From positions 23,957,895 through 24,021,894 of the forward strand of contig NC_069001.1 of assembly GCF_001194135.2 (NCBI RefSeq): DNA of 64,000 nucleotides. Direction: 5' to 3'. A program made the translations under genes and the position numbers. This document shows positions 63,647 to 64,000 of this stretch, piece after piece; position 1 is the stretch's first letter; each line of letters opens with the position of its first letter. The notes beneath the pieces are model-generated. The model searched no databases. It had not been told where the DNA came from and saw only the letters and a list, made by a program, of their open reading frames with translations. Origin of the DNA: Octopus bimaculoides. Lineage: Eukaryota.

Positions 63647-64000
63647 TGCCACCAAAAATACACTAAGATAAATATCCCCTTCAATTTAGCTAAAAGAATT
63701 TGCACCGTTGTCTCTGACCCAACCACTCGAGAAATATGCTTACAAGACCTCAAAAACGCTATTACAACGCCAATATCACTCCACTCTCATAGACTTTGGA
63801 ATAAAACGTACCAGGGAACTTGACAAAAACACACTGAAAACCACCCAACCCCAAAATACTTACATACATCTCCACCTACATCCCCAAAGACATCGAAGCA
63901 TACACCATAATCAAACAAAACCTCCCCTTACTCACCACAGACCCGAAAATGAACAAAATCATTAATACACACAATGTCCTTAAATGCAAAAGGCAACACA
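63647..64000 (+). pseudogene. PLE RT thumb/linker remnant, runs off the window end
   Basis: CHQKYTKINIPFNLAKRICTVVSD...LQDLK, LLQRQYHSTLIDFGIKR, IIKQNLPLLTTDPKMNKII, with frameshifts. Confidence 0.85.

Overview
AT-rich animal DNA with many N gaps, almost entirely repeat-derived. The SINE and LINE families look like those I associate with Octopus (coleoid cephalopod) genomes; this is recognition, not a database result. I cannot support any host protein-coding gene: nearly all ORF-track entries are microsatellite translations, antisense artefacts or gap-spanning frames. Real coding remnants all come from transposons: several Penelope-like element (PLE) GIY-YIG or thumb fragments, RTE-clade LINE pieces (AP endonuclease, RT C-terminus, C2H2 tail), R4/Dong-like 3' ends and a decayed Tc1/mariner. 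There are also three tRNA-derived SINE families, TTAA-type and TA-type MITEs, a probable Helitron-like element and a tRNA-Asp pseudogene fragment. The most notable structure is RNA-level. At least six hammerhead-ribozyme (HHR) motifs are present, one apparently intact with a long stem II (62677-62771). Some HHRs sit in foldback elements whose two arms each carry an outward-facing HHR. A near-perfect 564-bp palindrome (32634-33197) starts exactly where a PLE fragment is 5'-truncated. All alignments and folds were done by eye, and element boundaries are approximate unless stated.
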